A stretch of DNA of 64,000 bases from Aureliella sp. (GCA_963691875.1 OY829846.1:1504001-1568000), one strand, 5' to 3'. Shown: positions 41,764-52,259, counted from the first letter of the stretch. The notes: generated by a model not told the origin, from the letters alone. Numbers and translations: made by a program.

Positions 41764-42519
41764 ATGACTAAGCCAATTATTGGTATCAACACTGACTACC
41801 GTGCCGCCCAGCACAAACAGCCCGCTTTTGCCTACGTGGCAGCTGGCTACTTTGACGCGATCGCAAACGCTGGAGCCATCCCAGTACTGCTGCCCCCTAT
41901 GATGGATGATGATGCTCTGAGACAAATGCTTGACCACCTCGATGGTTGCCTGCTGATTGGTGGAGCTGACCTGGACCCGAGGAACGATGGATTCATGCTT
42001 CACCCATCGATGAAGTTGATGGAGCCACGACGCGAACACTTTGACCGACGACTGGCTTACGAAGTCGTCGAGCGACGCATGCCAGTTCTGGCAATTGGAT
42101 CTGGCATGCAATTGTTAAACGTAATGTGCGGTGGAAATCTATTCCTGCACATTCCAGAGGATCGCCCAGAAGCATTGCCTCACCGCGACTCTCAAGACCT
42201 CCAGCACCGGCACTCGTTGATCATTGAGTCCGACTCGCTAATCGGTCGCGTTTACGGCGAAGGTGAGATTCGTGTTACATCACGCCACCACATGGCCGTC
42301 GATGAAGTTGCTCAAGGCTTCCGTGTAACTGCGCGATGCCAAGACGGGATCGTCGAAGCGATTGAATCAGAGATGGTAGATTGGTTCGCCATTGCTACTC
42401 AATTCCACCCGGAAAGTAGTGCGGCTAGTGCTTTGGACGTCCGGATCTTCGAAGAATTCATTGAAGCGATTGAAGCACAAAACGGCGCGGAGAACGCAAT
42501 GAGCAAGGTTGCGGCCTAG
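41764..42519 (+). CDS. Peptidase C26 / gamma-glutamyl-gamma-aminobutyrate hydrolase family protein (nucleophile Cys absent)
   Basis: PIIGI, LLIGGADLDP, LAIGSGMQLLNV, SRHHMAV and QFHPE. Confidence 0.88.
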   Translation: MTKPIIGINTDYRAAQHKQPAFAYVAAGYFDAIANAGAIPVLLPPMMDDDALRQMLDHLDGCLLIGGADLDPRNDGFMLHPSMKLMEPRREHFDRRLAYEVVERRMPVLAIGSGMQLLNVMCGGNLFLHIPEDRPEALPHRDSQDLQHRHSLIIESDSLIGRVYGEGEIRVTSRHHMAVDEVAQGFRVTARCQDGIVEAIESEMVDWFAIATQFHPESSAASALDVRIFEEFIEAIEAQNGAENAMSKVAA

Positions 42520-42617
42520 GCTTTTCCGCGGATTCGAATCAAGCGATTTCGTGCATTTGCACGGACGCATTCGTCAGGCATGATGCCCAGACGGTGCACG
42601 AGATCGTTTTGAATGCT

Positions 42618-42649
42618 AAAAGCTCCGAGTGAGGTTCTCGGAGCTTTTT
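42618..42649. terminator. Bidirectional Rho-independent terminator
   Basis: aaaagctccgag-tgaggtt-ctcggagcttttt between convergent genes. Confidence 0.85.
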
Positions 42650-42677
42650 GCGTTGGTGCTTGAGTTGAGTTCTGGTC

Positions 42678-43265
42678 TTAAGGACTTGCCGAAGACGACC
42701 CGCCACCGGTCGGATCAGTTGGCAGTCTTGGCGAAGGAGTGGAGGTCAAAATCGCTCGCGAAATCGCTGTCTGGTAGGCACCCGAAGATCCGTGTGCCTC
42801 GCGATCCGTTAGGTAAATCGGCGGTAAATCACCGGTTGGAATCAATCGCGAAATGGCTACTTGAGTTGCTTCGATGCGATTCGCCGTATCTTCTGCGTCT
42901 TCACCCTTCATCACGAAAACAACTCGGCGATCGGCTGGTGCCTGTGTCGTGATCCATTCTACATGGGCCAGTCCGGACGAGTTGAGGTCGCCGGTGTCAT
43001 GGTCGAACATGGCGGTGCCAAGCGTGTTGTAGAGCTTCCATCCGTTGTTTCGCTGTGTCTCGAAATGAGCCAAGATGGAGGAAGTGTCCATTGCACGAAA
43101 TGGCGCTGGCCAGTGGTGATTTCTGTAGTAGGAGGTCCAGAAGTCCTGAGCCATTTCGCGATCCTCGCAAACGACATTGCAGTCGTTTTTCGGAGTCAGC
43201 GAACAGCCAGTCAAACCGCAGCCCAAGAGGGCGCAGGTGAGAAAGCTGAGAGATATTCGGCTCAT
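42678..43265 (-). CDS. Hypothetical lipoprotein
   Basis: Signal peptide with lipobox LTGC and an AGGA RBS. Confidence 0.75.
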   Translation of the reverse strand: MSRISLSFLTCALLGCGLTGCSLTPKNDCNVVCEDREMAQDFWTSYYRNHHWPAPFRAMDTSSILAHFETQRNNGWKLYNTLGTAMFDHDTGDLNSSGLAHVEWITTQAPADRRVVFVMKGEDAEDTANRIEATQVAISRLIPTGDLPPIYLTDREAHGSSGAYQTAISRAILTSTPSPRLPTDPTGGGSSSASP

Positions 43266-43699
43266 GTTCACAGTCCTTTGCGAGAGCGCTGATCAGCGGT
43301 GCGTCAGAAACAATCCAGTTCGAATCAAAAACGCACTACATACTCAGTGTTCGACATCGGCCAGCATACCCCAGGAGTTGTGAAGAACTCCCCGCCCCCG
43401 CAAAGTCCAACCAAACCCCCTAACCCCCCGCTCTACCCGTAGCTGGATTCGCGAGAATTGAGTTTCTTCCAAGTCTCCTTTACGCCCAGGTCAAGCTTGC
43501 TCGCATATTTGCGGGTTCATCGAATTCTGGCGAATTCCACTACAGCTTCGGAATCCAACAATTGACACGGTGATGTAACAGTGCAGCATCCACCTTATTT
43601 TCAATAAACATTTCAGTCTCGATCAGCTTCGAACACTTATCGCTCGAACCTTACAAACGGGTAGCTAAACGCCCGCTGAGTCGAAAAGCGGCCGGGCTG

Positions 43700-45958
43700 T
43701 TCGGGACAAGCGAAAGATTCGCTGCGGCTTCATGCTCGGGCTGATCGATCGCCGACTGAGATGCAAGGCCGACTTCGTTCTACACGGCGATCTGGATAGC
43801 GAGCAGGTTGCATCCTCACTAGTTGTTGCACACCCGAACTCTACACACGTCCAGTCGGACGCCGATTGCGAGAACACGAATGACGCAGTGTTCGCAGTCC
43901 ATGCATTGGCTCCAAAGTCGGAAACCAAAAGTCCTCTGATTATCGTTTTCCTTCTTGATCGCGGCGGAAGCATGCGGGACTGGGAGATGGACGCAGCGCG
44001 GCGTGGAGTCTGTCGATTGATTCTCTCTCGTCCACAGACCGATTCCAATTCCTCATGTTTAACCAGCGAAACGAATCACTGAGTTCCTCCAGGCTAAGAA
44101 ACTCAAATTGGTTGCGAGAGACCGAAGCCAGCCATTTCAAGGCTGCTCAATGGCTGAGCAACGTTGAGGACCGCGGTGGTACCGAATTGGGATTACCAGC
44201 CCAAGAAGCACTTCAGACCTTTAAGGGAAGAATAGAAAAGACCTTTAGATCGCGTTCAGTCGTTTCGGTCACGGATGGTCAAATCACGGGTAAGATTCCG
44301 CTCTTAGACTTCTTAGCACCCTCGCCGATGTGAAACTTCACCGAATGTTCTGCCTCGGTATAGATCACGCCGTTAATGGGAGCGTGCTTAAACGATTCGC
44401 GACGCTGTCTTCCGGGGCATGCGAGCTGGTCGCATCCGAAAAGCAAGTTGAAAAGCAAGTTGACGAGGCGATGCATCGCTTTGCCGATGAGATTGGGCCA
44501 CCAGCCGTTGTCGGACTGAAAATTGAAGCTGAAGGCGGGATGCAATGGCAAGCCATGGGAACCAAAGATTTCTTCTAGCGATCAGGAAGACCGGAGTTCT
44601 GGAACGGCCTATCCCATTTTGGCGAAAACGCGTCTCCGAGAATTGGAAGACAATTTCGTTCTTAGTGGAAACCGCGTCCGAGGTTTGAGGGATGAGATTG
44701 TAAAGTGTCCTCTACAAGGCAGAGTGCTATCAAGATTTACAGCTTAAATCGCCATAGACGAATCGGCACGTGTCAGAAACGCCGCTAAGGCCTTCGAGTT
44801 TGATTCCTATCGGCGGCCCTCCGATCGCGTACCTCGACGAACGACCAAGAGCTCAAGAACTTCTGCCACGAAAGCTGAATTTGCAAAAAGCATTTGAAAA
44901 TGGGAGAATCAGAAAAACAACTGAAAGATGCAGAGAACTCAGCAAAACAAAGAGACTGCGTACTGCTAGCGGCAATCGACCTGTTTGGCTACGCTTCACG
45001 TGAAGGAACGGCTCGTGCCATCGCTGGGGCATTTGTACCACCCTCCGTCGATCTTGAGCACGTAAGCATCGAAGACGCAATTCTACTGGTCCCGGAATCC
45101 GTGGCTAGGGAAAACGGTATCTAGCATTACTAGGAATCAGGTGGAGAGCTCCCAATCTTGAAGCACGATCCTGCTGACTTGGAGACCGTCGAAAAGCTTC
45201 GATTCGTCCTGAATCGACCTATCAGACAGATGGTTGCATCGCGAATCGCAATTGAGAACGCCGTTAAGCACTACTACGGACAAGTTGAAGGTTAGGCGGC
45301 GGATTCCATACTCCAACAGTTCACAGATTCCGCAATCGAGTTCTATGAGTCGAGCGAGGAGACAATAGGAATAGCCGAGTCCGCCCTTAGGCTTGAACCA
45401 GCGACACGCTTAAGCTCGTCTATCGGCTCGCGAGACGCAGGAGCCTCGGCGAACGCGTGTTACCCAGATGCCTCGGACGGATTGGGAAAAGCACGTTCCC
45501 TCCCTCCACAATCACACCGCCGAATAAGAAAAATGAAACGGGGCGGCGAGCCCAGTGCGTCTCTCCCTGCACCAGCTGTCCGCCAAGTGCCCCTGCTACT
45601 CAGCAAAGCATATCAACTGGGAGCGACCCATATTATCCCGCGAGTGCGGCACGGTGGTATCCAAGTGGTAAGTTTCATTGATTGCAAGAAAACGCTGGGC
45701 AACCTACTACCGAAAAAGCTGCTACGACAGAATCTTGAGAACCTGAAAATCCTGTGTCACATCGATCCTTTGGTACCTTATGAGTACCAAATGGGAACGA
45801 CCAAGATGATTGTCGGTGACCGTGTGCTTCCCCCCAAGATCCATACTGCCTCCGGCCGCGATAATGATGTCGTTATGTTTGAAATGAAAGTGGACAGAAA
45901 ATCAGTTCCTCGTGTTATTGAACTGTGGAAAAAACCATTCTTAGTACCCTCCTGGTGA
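43700..45958 (+). pseudogene. Decayed vWA (VIT-type) protein fused to GspE/PilB N-terminal domains
   Basis: Fragments IVFLLDRGGSM, RGGTEL, VTDGQI and CLGIDHAVN, then LVPESVARENGI, DPADLETVEKLRFVLNR...HYYGQVEG* and KAYQLGATHI...ID...LKILCHID. Multiple frameshifts and stops. Confidence 0.75.
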
Positions 45959-46128
45959 GACGTCAGCCCGCGTACGTTTGGCTACTGTCTCGCCATTCCA
46001 TTTACGGACAGAGGCGCATTGCTAACTTTACTCAGCACATTAAACGCCTAGGCACTGCGCTCGGTATGCCATGAGATTCTGCCAGAGGACGAAGCGCCGA
46101 TGACGAATCCCACTGTAAAGTTGCGAGT

Positions 46129-47607
46129 TCAATACTTGCCGTTGGTGCCGTACATCTTGAGCTTGGAATGTCGGGGGCGAATGCGGACGCTGTGGTCAGG
46201 CTGGCCGGTATAGCGATCGAATTCATCAAGAGTGCGACGCGATGGCAGGTAGTCTTCAGTGCGATCAGACCATTTTTCCAAGGCAACTTTCATTTCTGCA
46301 AGCACCGCTGCATAAGCGGGCTCGGCGACAAGATTCTTGAGCTCTCCAGGGTCGCGTTGTAGGTCATAGAGTTCCCAGCGGGGCCGCGGCACACGGAAAC
46401 AGTTGCGTTGGGACAAAGTAAGTTCGTCCTGATCGAGCAACTTCAGCATCGTTTGCCAAGTAGGACTGCGGCCTGCGTCAGCAGGTGGCGTACCTGCCAA
46501 GTCAGGGTAGTCGTTGCGAATCAGTTTGAACTGCCCGTTCATGACGGAACGTGCATGATCCTCGTAGTCATGCCAATGATCTTCGGCAAAGGCAAACTTG
46601 CGAATTACTCTGGAAGATTCAGCTAGTGTTGGAGCAAAACTTTTTCCAACACGAGGCTCATCGTTCGGGACTCTTGCAAGATCCAGCATTGTGGGGGCGA
46701 TGTCGACAACGCTAACCAGCGACTTTGTAGTTTGCCCTGCTTTGATTCTCGCTGGCCAGCGCACCAACCAAGGCGTGCGTATTCCGCCGTCGTACAAAGT
46801 TGTTTTGTCACGTGGGAACGGGCGGCCATTATCAGTGATGAATAGTATCATCGTATTTTCGACTTGGTCGCGTTCCTCGAGAAGCTGTAGCACACGTCCG
46901 ACATACTCGTCCAGTCTTCCGACTTCGTCATAGTACATCCGCAGATCTTCTCGCACCTCTGGTGTATCCGGCAAGTGAGGTGGGACGATCACGTCAGTGG
47001 TTTTATGTGGCGGATTCAATGCGCCATCGTTGTACTCGCGATGCGGATCTAGTGCCGCGAGCCACAAGAAAAATGGCTGGTCGTTTGGACAAGCCTCAAG
47101 AGCCTTCTCCCAGTCTTCGCAGCCACTGGGTTGAGCAGCGATCATCTTCGGCGGCTCGCCATCTTTGCCTGAAGGCAGGACAAAACCTGCTGTCGAGGCT
47201 TCGTAAATTGCATCAAAGTCTTTTCGTACGGCATCGCCTAAATGCCATTTGCCCGCCGCTGCGGTATAGTAACCCGACGCGTGCAAATCGCCAACGAAAG
47301 TCTTGGCTCCGGCTGGCAGAGGCCAGTGAAGCTGCTCTGCACCGGTGTTATGCGGATACTTGCCAGTGATGATGCTGGCACGCGAAGGACTGCAGGAACT
47401 GCAAGTCAGATAAGCATGCTCGAACTTCATGCCCTCCGCTGCCAGGCTATCGATATTCGGCGTTCGGATGCTTGGATGCCCGTACGCGCCGCAATCATCC
47501 CAGTTCATATCGTCTGCAATGATGAGAATGAGATTGGGTCGCTCATCTCCTTTCGCCGGAGCCAAGAAGATTGAACAGACTAAGCAAACTTTGACAGCGA
47601 AACGCAT
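46129..47607 (-). CDS. Sulfatase (Cys-type)
   Basis: NLILIIADD, CSPSRAS, GKWHLG, DPHR, TDNG and ELYDL..DP.E. Confidence 0.93.
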   Translation of the reverse strand: MRFAVKVCLVCSIFLAPAKGDERPNLILIIADDMNWDDCGAYGHPSIRTPNIDSLAAEGMKFEHAYLTCSSCSPSRASIITGKYPHNTGAEQLHWPLPAGAKTFVGDLHASGYYTAAAGKWHLGDAVRKDFDAIYEASTAGFVLPSGKDGEPPKMIAAQPSGCEDWEKALEACPNDQPFFLWLAALDPHREYNDGALNPPHKTTDVIVPPHLPDTPEVREDLRMYYDEVGRLDEYVGRVLQLLEERDQVENTMILFITDNGRPFPRDKTTLYDGGIRTPWLVRWPARIKAGQTTKSLVSVVDIAPTMLDLARVPNDEPRVGKSFAPTLAESSRVIRKFAFAEDHWHDYEDHARSVMNGQFKLIRNDYPDLAGTPPADAGRSPTWQTMLKLLDQDELTLSQRNCFRVPRPRWELYDLQRDPGELKNLVAEPAYAAVLAEMKVALEKWSDRTEDYLPSRRTLDEFDRYTGQPDHSVRIRPRHSKLKMYGTNGKY

Positions 47608-47657
47608 GATGTCTGTCTCGGTGAGTGAAATGAAACGAATGATCAATTCAAGTTGCT

Positions 47658-48665
47658 TTAGTTGACGCGAACCAACTTCATCAAGCGTCCTGATACATTC
47701 CAATCTTGGACGTACAGGTTGCCTTTCTTGTCCCAATACGAACCATGCGTGCCGCTAAAGACACCTTCAATCCAATCTGCCTGAGGAATCTTAAACGCGC
47801 CACCCTTGCTTCGATCCGGATTGTGGCCAAGTACAGCCATGATCGTGTTTGTCTTATCAAGGATCACGACTCGTCCATGCAGATCAGGGACTGAAACGTA
47901 GTCACCTTGAATCGCAACCGAGGTTGGCATCCCAAGACCAGTGATGACTTCTTCGATGAAGTTTCCTTCTAAATCGTAGTGCAGCAAGCGACCTTTTGGT
48001 TGGTGATTTCGATCGCAGATCAGCAAACGTGCTGGTGTGTATCGCGTATCCAGCGTCATGCCATGAGCCGTATTGAACTGCTTCATGTCGTTGCCTTTTT
48101 CCCCAAAATACATCAAGTACTTGCCATCCGGATCAAACACAAAAATGCGATTACTCGCGTAGCCGTCGGACAAGTAGATGTTTCCGCTCGGTGCTACAGT
48201 GATCGCAGTCGGGCTAAATCTCTTGGGCTTGGCCAGCCCTGAGGCTTCCGGAAAAGGCAATTTCAAAACGACTTCTCCTCCCTGCGCCTTGAACTTGATG
48301 CCTTCACCAGAAGCATTGCGTGCACCGTAGATGTACTCCACATCACCCTCTTCGCGAATCTCCATATCGTGGATGTTAGTGTAGTCAGCGCCCAGATACT
48401 CGCGGATCACCTTGCCATCTGGAGTGAACACCACGACGCCTTTGTTTGCACTGGTGTAGACGTTGCCTTCTTTGTCGATCACGACGGAACCATGCGTTGC
48501 TCCTAGGGCCGAGGAGCCATCGGGCCGCAATCCCCACCCAGGAACGGTATCAAAGGTCATGATCCCGCAACCCATTCGCACGGGCTCCTGAGCATGCGTT
48601 TGCATCGCACTCGCAGAACAAATACTTAGTACTACTAGCGAAATAATCCAAGAACGAGAAATCAT
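47658..48665 (-). CDS. Secreted NHL-repeat beta-propeller protein
   Basis: Signal peptide, PTAITVAPSGNIYLSDGYASNRI, FNTAHG, LICDR and HGSYWD..GNLYVQDW. Confidence 0.85.
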   Translation of the reverse strand: MISRSWIISLVVLSICSASAMQTHAQEPVRMGCGIMTFDTVPGWGLRPDGSSALGATHGSVVIDKEGNVYTSANKGVVVFTPDGKVIREYLGADYTNIHDMEIREEGDVEYIYGARNASGEGIKFKAQGGEVVLKLPFPEASGLAKPKRFSPTAITVAPSGNIYLSDGYASNRIFVFDPDGKYLMYFGEKGNDMKQFNTAHGMTLDTRYTPARLLICDRNHQPKGRLLHYDLEGNFIEEVITGLGMPTSVAIQGDYVSVPDLHGRVVILDKTNTIMAVLGHNPDRSKGGAFKIPQADWIEGVFSGTHGSYWDKKGNLYVQDWNVSGRLMKLVRVN

Positions 48666-48890
48666 GAAAAGACCCTTCGTGGAAAAGTAGGGGAGGCGGG
48701 AGGCTTGGACGTAGCGAGGCAATTATACTAGAAGCTAGTTTGCATGAGTACATGCCGCCTGCAGAATGCAGCGGTCAACGCTGCAAGGAACCCCTGAATT
48801 TGCGCCGTTCCTGCTACGAATCGCTGGCCCACCTGTAGCGCGAAAACATCAGAACAACTTCCTGATACAAAGGCGAGTCAAACGGTGCAA

Positions 48891-49832
48891 CTAAATGATA
48901 TGCGCCGCGTACTTCAGACACTGAAAGAACGCATCACGAGCGGCTGAAAGATCTAAATTGAAGCCAACTTCCATGTTGGGACGCCACTGCGGTGGTTGCC
49001 TGCGATCAAAGACCGTTGCTCCACGCGTTAGCTCTCCCGAAATCTCAACATTAGCAGCCATCGTTCGCCACTCAGCCAACATGGGTTCTACCAGCATCAA
49101 AATTGGCATCACTGCCTGGAGAGAAATCGTCTCCTTACCCAGGTGCTGGCGCGTGCTTCGAAACAGATGAGGAATGATTTTCTCCAGCACTCCGCCTACT
49201 TTGGTGTACGAAGGAGGTAGCTTTTCCATTAGCTCCCATCCGAATTGGAGCTCTTCAGTAATCTCAAGTGGAATTAGGCTCTTTGTGGTTGGGCTATGGA
49301 AAACATGTGAGGCTGCCCGCGGGTCAAAATGCATGTTGAACTCAGCCGTGGCCGTTTCGTTTCCAGCTAAGTTGACGCTGCCACCAGCGATAACCACGCG
49401 ATCCACCAACTCCGCCAATCCTGAGTCACGCCCGAAAGCTTTGGAGACGCCAGTCAGCGGTCCGGTGCAAACAAGTGTTACTTCACCTGGATTCGCTCTA
49501 AGCTCTTTCTCGATCAACTTGTCACTGGACAATCCGTGCTGTCGCGAAACGGGAGCCCAATGCGTATTGCCGAGCCCATCGTCACCGTGCAGCAGTGTGC
49601 CATTTCCAACTGCAGCTCCTTCCGGATCAATTGCCGCACCAATCCGCGGAATCTTGGGAGGATCCAACCGCTCAACAAGAGAAACGACGTTGGCCGACGC
49701 TCGTTCGGCATCAACGGTACCGGCACAAGCTGTGATCGCCAACACCTCCAGCCGGGGATCAAAAAGAGCCAGTGCTAGTGCGACCGCGTCATCAATTCCG
49801 GGATCGCAGTCAATTATTATCTTTCTTGCCAT
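48891..49832 (-). CDS. Nucleoside hydrolase family protein
   Basis: DCDPGIDD, HGDDGLG, TGPLT, AEFN..FDP and TRGATVFD. The C-terminal HD motif is replaced. Confidence 0.88.
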   Translation of the reverse strand: MARKIIIDCDPGIDDAVALALALFDPRLEVLAITACAGTVDAERASANVVSLVERLDPPKIPRIGAAIDPEGAAVGNGTLLHGDDGLGNTHWAPVSRQHGLSSDKLIEKELRANPGEVTLVCTGPLTGVSKAFGRDSGLAELVDRVVIAGGSVNLAGNETATAEFNMHFDPRAASHVFHSPTTKSLIPLEITEELQFGWELMEKLPPSYTKVGGVLEKIIPHLFRSTRQHLGKETISLQAVMPILMLVEPMLAEWRTMAANVEISGELTRGATVFDRRQPPQWRPNMEVGFNLDLSAARDAFFQCLKYAAHII

Positions 49833-49986
49833 CGATGCAGCCTATCCAGCTCAGTACACAAGTCGTTCGTTACAATGTCGGCAATGATCGCACAAATGAC
49901 GCCGATCAACGCCGAAACGGTATTTGTCGGTCTCAAACACGAAGCCAATGCAGAAGCTTGTATCCAACTAAGGAATAGATCGAGAA

Positions 49987-51009
49987 ATGAACCAGCCAGA
50001 GTTTACTGGAATCCTCGCCAAGCTCCAATCCGAGCAGGATTTGACGAAGGAGGAGATGCGCAGCACGATTGGCTGGCTGCTGAGTGGCACCGCTGAGCCA
50101 GCTGTCATGAAGCGGTTACTGGAAGGCATGGCCGACAAGGGAGAATCCGTTGATGAACTTGCTGGAGCAGCTCAAGCTCTGCGCGATTCTATGCGACGTG
50201 TTGAATCCTCAAGAACGTCCATCGTAGACACCTGTGGGACGGGCGGCGACGGCTCGAAAACATTCAATATCAGTACAGCAGCCGCAATTGTGGCTGCTGC
50301 TGCAGGAGCTAACGTGGCCAAGCACGGCAATCGAAAGATCACCAGCAGCACCGGCTCCGCAGACGTGCTCGCCGAACTCGGAGTGAATCTAGAGGCTCCA
50401 GCGGAAGTGGCCGAGCAGTGCTTGGAGCAGCTCGGAATATGCTTCTGTTTCGCTCCGCATTTCCACCCTGCAATGCGACACGTGGGCCCGATTAGAAAGG
50501 AGATCCCCCGTCCCACGATCTTCAATCGCCTTGGTCCACTGGCCAATCCTGCATCCGTTCCACACCAGGTACTCGGTGTTGGCGACGAGAGCCTTCAAGA
50601 CAAACTGGCCAGCGCCCTGCAACTACTTGGCACTGAGCGTTCTCTGGTCGTTCGCGGCGCAGACGGTGTGGACGAGCTGAGTATTTCCGCGCCGACACGC
50701 GTCCTTGAAGTGACTCCGGACGCGATTAAAGAGCAGCAATGGACGCCTTACGACTTCGGTCTTCAGATTGCAGATCGCCGCGATTTGTTCGCGGACGATC
50801 CGGCGAGTAGCGCGGTCTGCATTCGTGAAGTGCTAGGAGGCTATAAGGGGCCTAAACGGGATGTGGTCGTCCTCAACGCTGCTGCAGCACTTTGGGTTAC
50901 CGGAGTCGAGGAGAGCAGAATCAGCTGCTCCGAACGATGCCAACAGGCCATCGATTCGGGGCGGGCCAATCAGACAGTGGAAGCTTTGGCAAAGCTTACC
51001 AGCGAGTAA
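49987..51009 (+). CDS. trpD: Anthranilate phosphoribosyltransferase
   Basis: DTCGTGGDG..TFNIST, KHGNR, GSADVL, FHPAM, GPLANP and GVDE. Confidence 0.96.
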   Translation: MNQPEFTGILAKLQSEQDLTKEEMRSTIGWLLSGTAEPAVMKRLLEGMADKGESVDELAGAAQALRDSMRRVESSRTSIVDTCGTGGDGSKTFNISTAAAIVAAAAGANVAKHGNRKITSSTGSADVLAELGVNLEAPAEVAEQCLEQLGICFCFAPHFHPAMRHVGPIRKEIPRPTIFNRLGPLANPASVPHQVLGVGDESLQDKLASALQLLGTERSLVVRGADGVDELSISAPTRVLEVTPDAIKEQQWTPYDFGLQIADRRDLFADDPASSAVCIREVLGGYKGPKRDVVVLNAAAALWVTGVEESRISCSERCQQAIDSGRANQTVEALAKLTSE

Positions 51010-51084
51010 AGCAGCTTGAAGGAAGCAGCTCTGAGCTGCGCAGATGGCTCAAGCTAAGTGCGGTGGAGTGATGGTCTACTGGTC

Positions 51085-51396
51085 CTATTCTGCCGACTCG
51101 ATGACTTGCAAGCTGACCGAGCGAACCAAGTCTCTGACTTTGGCGCGATATTCCATCATGTGCGGTGCAACGAGATGCACTTCTAGGGCTTCTAGATCTT
51201 CCCACTTCTCCAGCACGGTAACGACGTCCGGCCGGAGATCAATCTGCGCCTCGATGCTTGTTTCCACGTCCACCATCGGGCCGTATTCCAAACAGCCCTC
51301 CTCGTCTTCCACCAGCGGCACGAGTGCCTGGAAGTGTTCCAAGAACTCGGCGCGCTTTCCTTCAACCACGTCTACCGTGGCGATCACAACAATCAT
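51085..51396 (-). CDS. ABM-family putative quinol monooxygenase
   Basis: MIVVIA...EEGCLEY...EKWEDLEALEVHL.APHM. Confidence 0.88.
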   Translation of the reverse strand: MIVVIATVDVVEGKRAEFLEHFQALVPLVEDEEGCLEYGPMVDVETSIEAQIDLRPDVVTVLEKWEDLEALEVHLVAPHMMEYRAKVRDLVRSVSLQVIESAE

Positions 51397-52124
51397 TAGT
51401 CCTTCAATTCCTTAATACGGATGTCCTTGAATTCCGCCCACATTGCCTTACCAGCATGTAGTTGCAAAGCCAGAACGCCTTCGGATAGCGATTTGGCAGA
51501 ATCGTCCTTGAAATCTAGTACAAGTCGCCCGTTGGTGTAGTGCTGGATATGATTGCCCTTGGCGATGATAACGACATCATTCCAGTCGTCCAGCTTGAAG
51601 AGCTCTTTGTATTCCTTGGCCGTGACCAACGGTTTCGTGTCAACGACCTTCTTCTCATCCTCTCCCCAGACGGCTTTTTCGCCGACAAGGCACATTCGTC
51701 CGCGACCGATTCCCTCTCCATAAATGAATCCCGAAACGCTAGGGAGAATATTCTCGTTTCGGATCTCATGCTGGTAGCCACGTACAACCCATTTGTTGGA
51801 AGCTTTGTCGATATGCTTTGACCGATATTGAATTCCAGAGTTATTCTCGTTCGTGCATCGAAAAGACAGGCGAAGCTCAAAATCCTTCGTCTTGCCATCT
51901 TTCCAAATTAAGAACGTATTGCCTTTTGCTTTTTTCTCCGCAGTGGTTTCGCCGTGAATAACACCATCAGCCACTGACCAAAGTCGCGGATCACCATCCC
52001 AGCCATCCAGATTCTTACCATTGAAAATACTTCTCATACCAGTTTCAGCTGGCAACTGAGCAAACGCTGGCAAGGCAGTGAGGAAAGCCAGGGAAAAAGC
52101 AACGAGACGAGGTACTGTCTTCAT
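51396..52124 (-). CDS. DUF1080 (3-keto-disaccharide hydrolase-like) secreted protein
   Basis: IFNGKNLDGW, NSGIQYRS, GYQ, DWN, ALQLH and EFKDIRIK. Confidence 0.9.
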   Translation of the reverse strand: MKTVPRLVAFSLAFLTALPAFAQLPAETGMRSIFNGKNLDGWDGDPRLWSVADGVIHGETTAEKKAKGNTFLIWKDGKTKDFELRLSFRCTNENNSGIQYRSKHIDKASNKWVVRGYQHEIRNENILPSVSGFIYGEGIGRGRMCLVGEKAVWGEDEKKVVDTKPLVTAKEYKELFKLDDWNDVVIIAKGNHIQHYTNGRLVLDFKDDSAKSLSEGVLALQLHAGKAMWAEFKDIRIKELKD

Positions 52125-52259
52125 ATCAATGACTCCTGTGGCAGGAAAGGATGGGAGTGGTGAGTGGATTCATCGGGTTGCCCATTCTACTTAATGAAAC
52201 CAACGGCTGAGAAAAGGTCCAGCAAAGCCAGTGAATTTTCTAATCAGAGCGACCAGAAT

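Noticed and set aside
42525..42545. ggattcgaatc resembling a tRNA T-loop
   Set aside because: No cloverleaf or acceptor stem can be built around it.
49174..49887. Long antisense ORFs (also 34297-34980, 54050-54631, 58853-59437)
   Set aside because: These are shadow frames of well-supported genes on the opposite strand.
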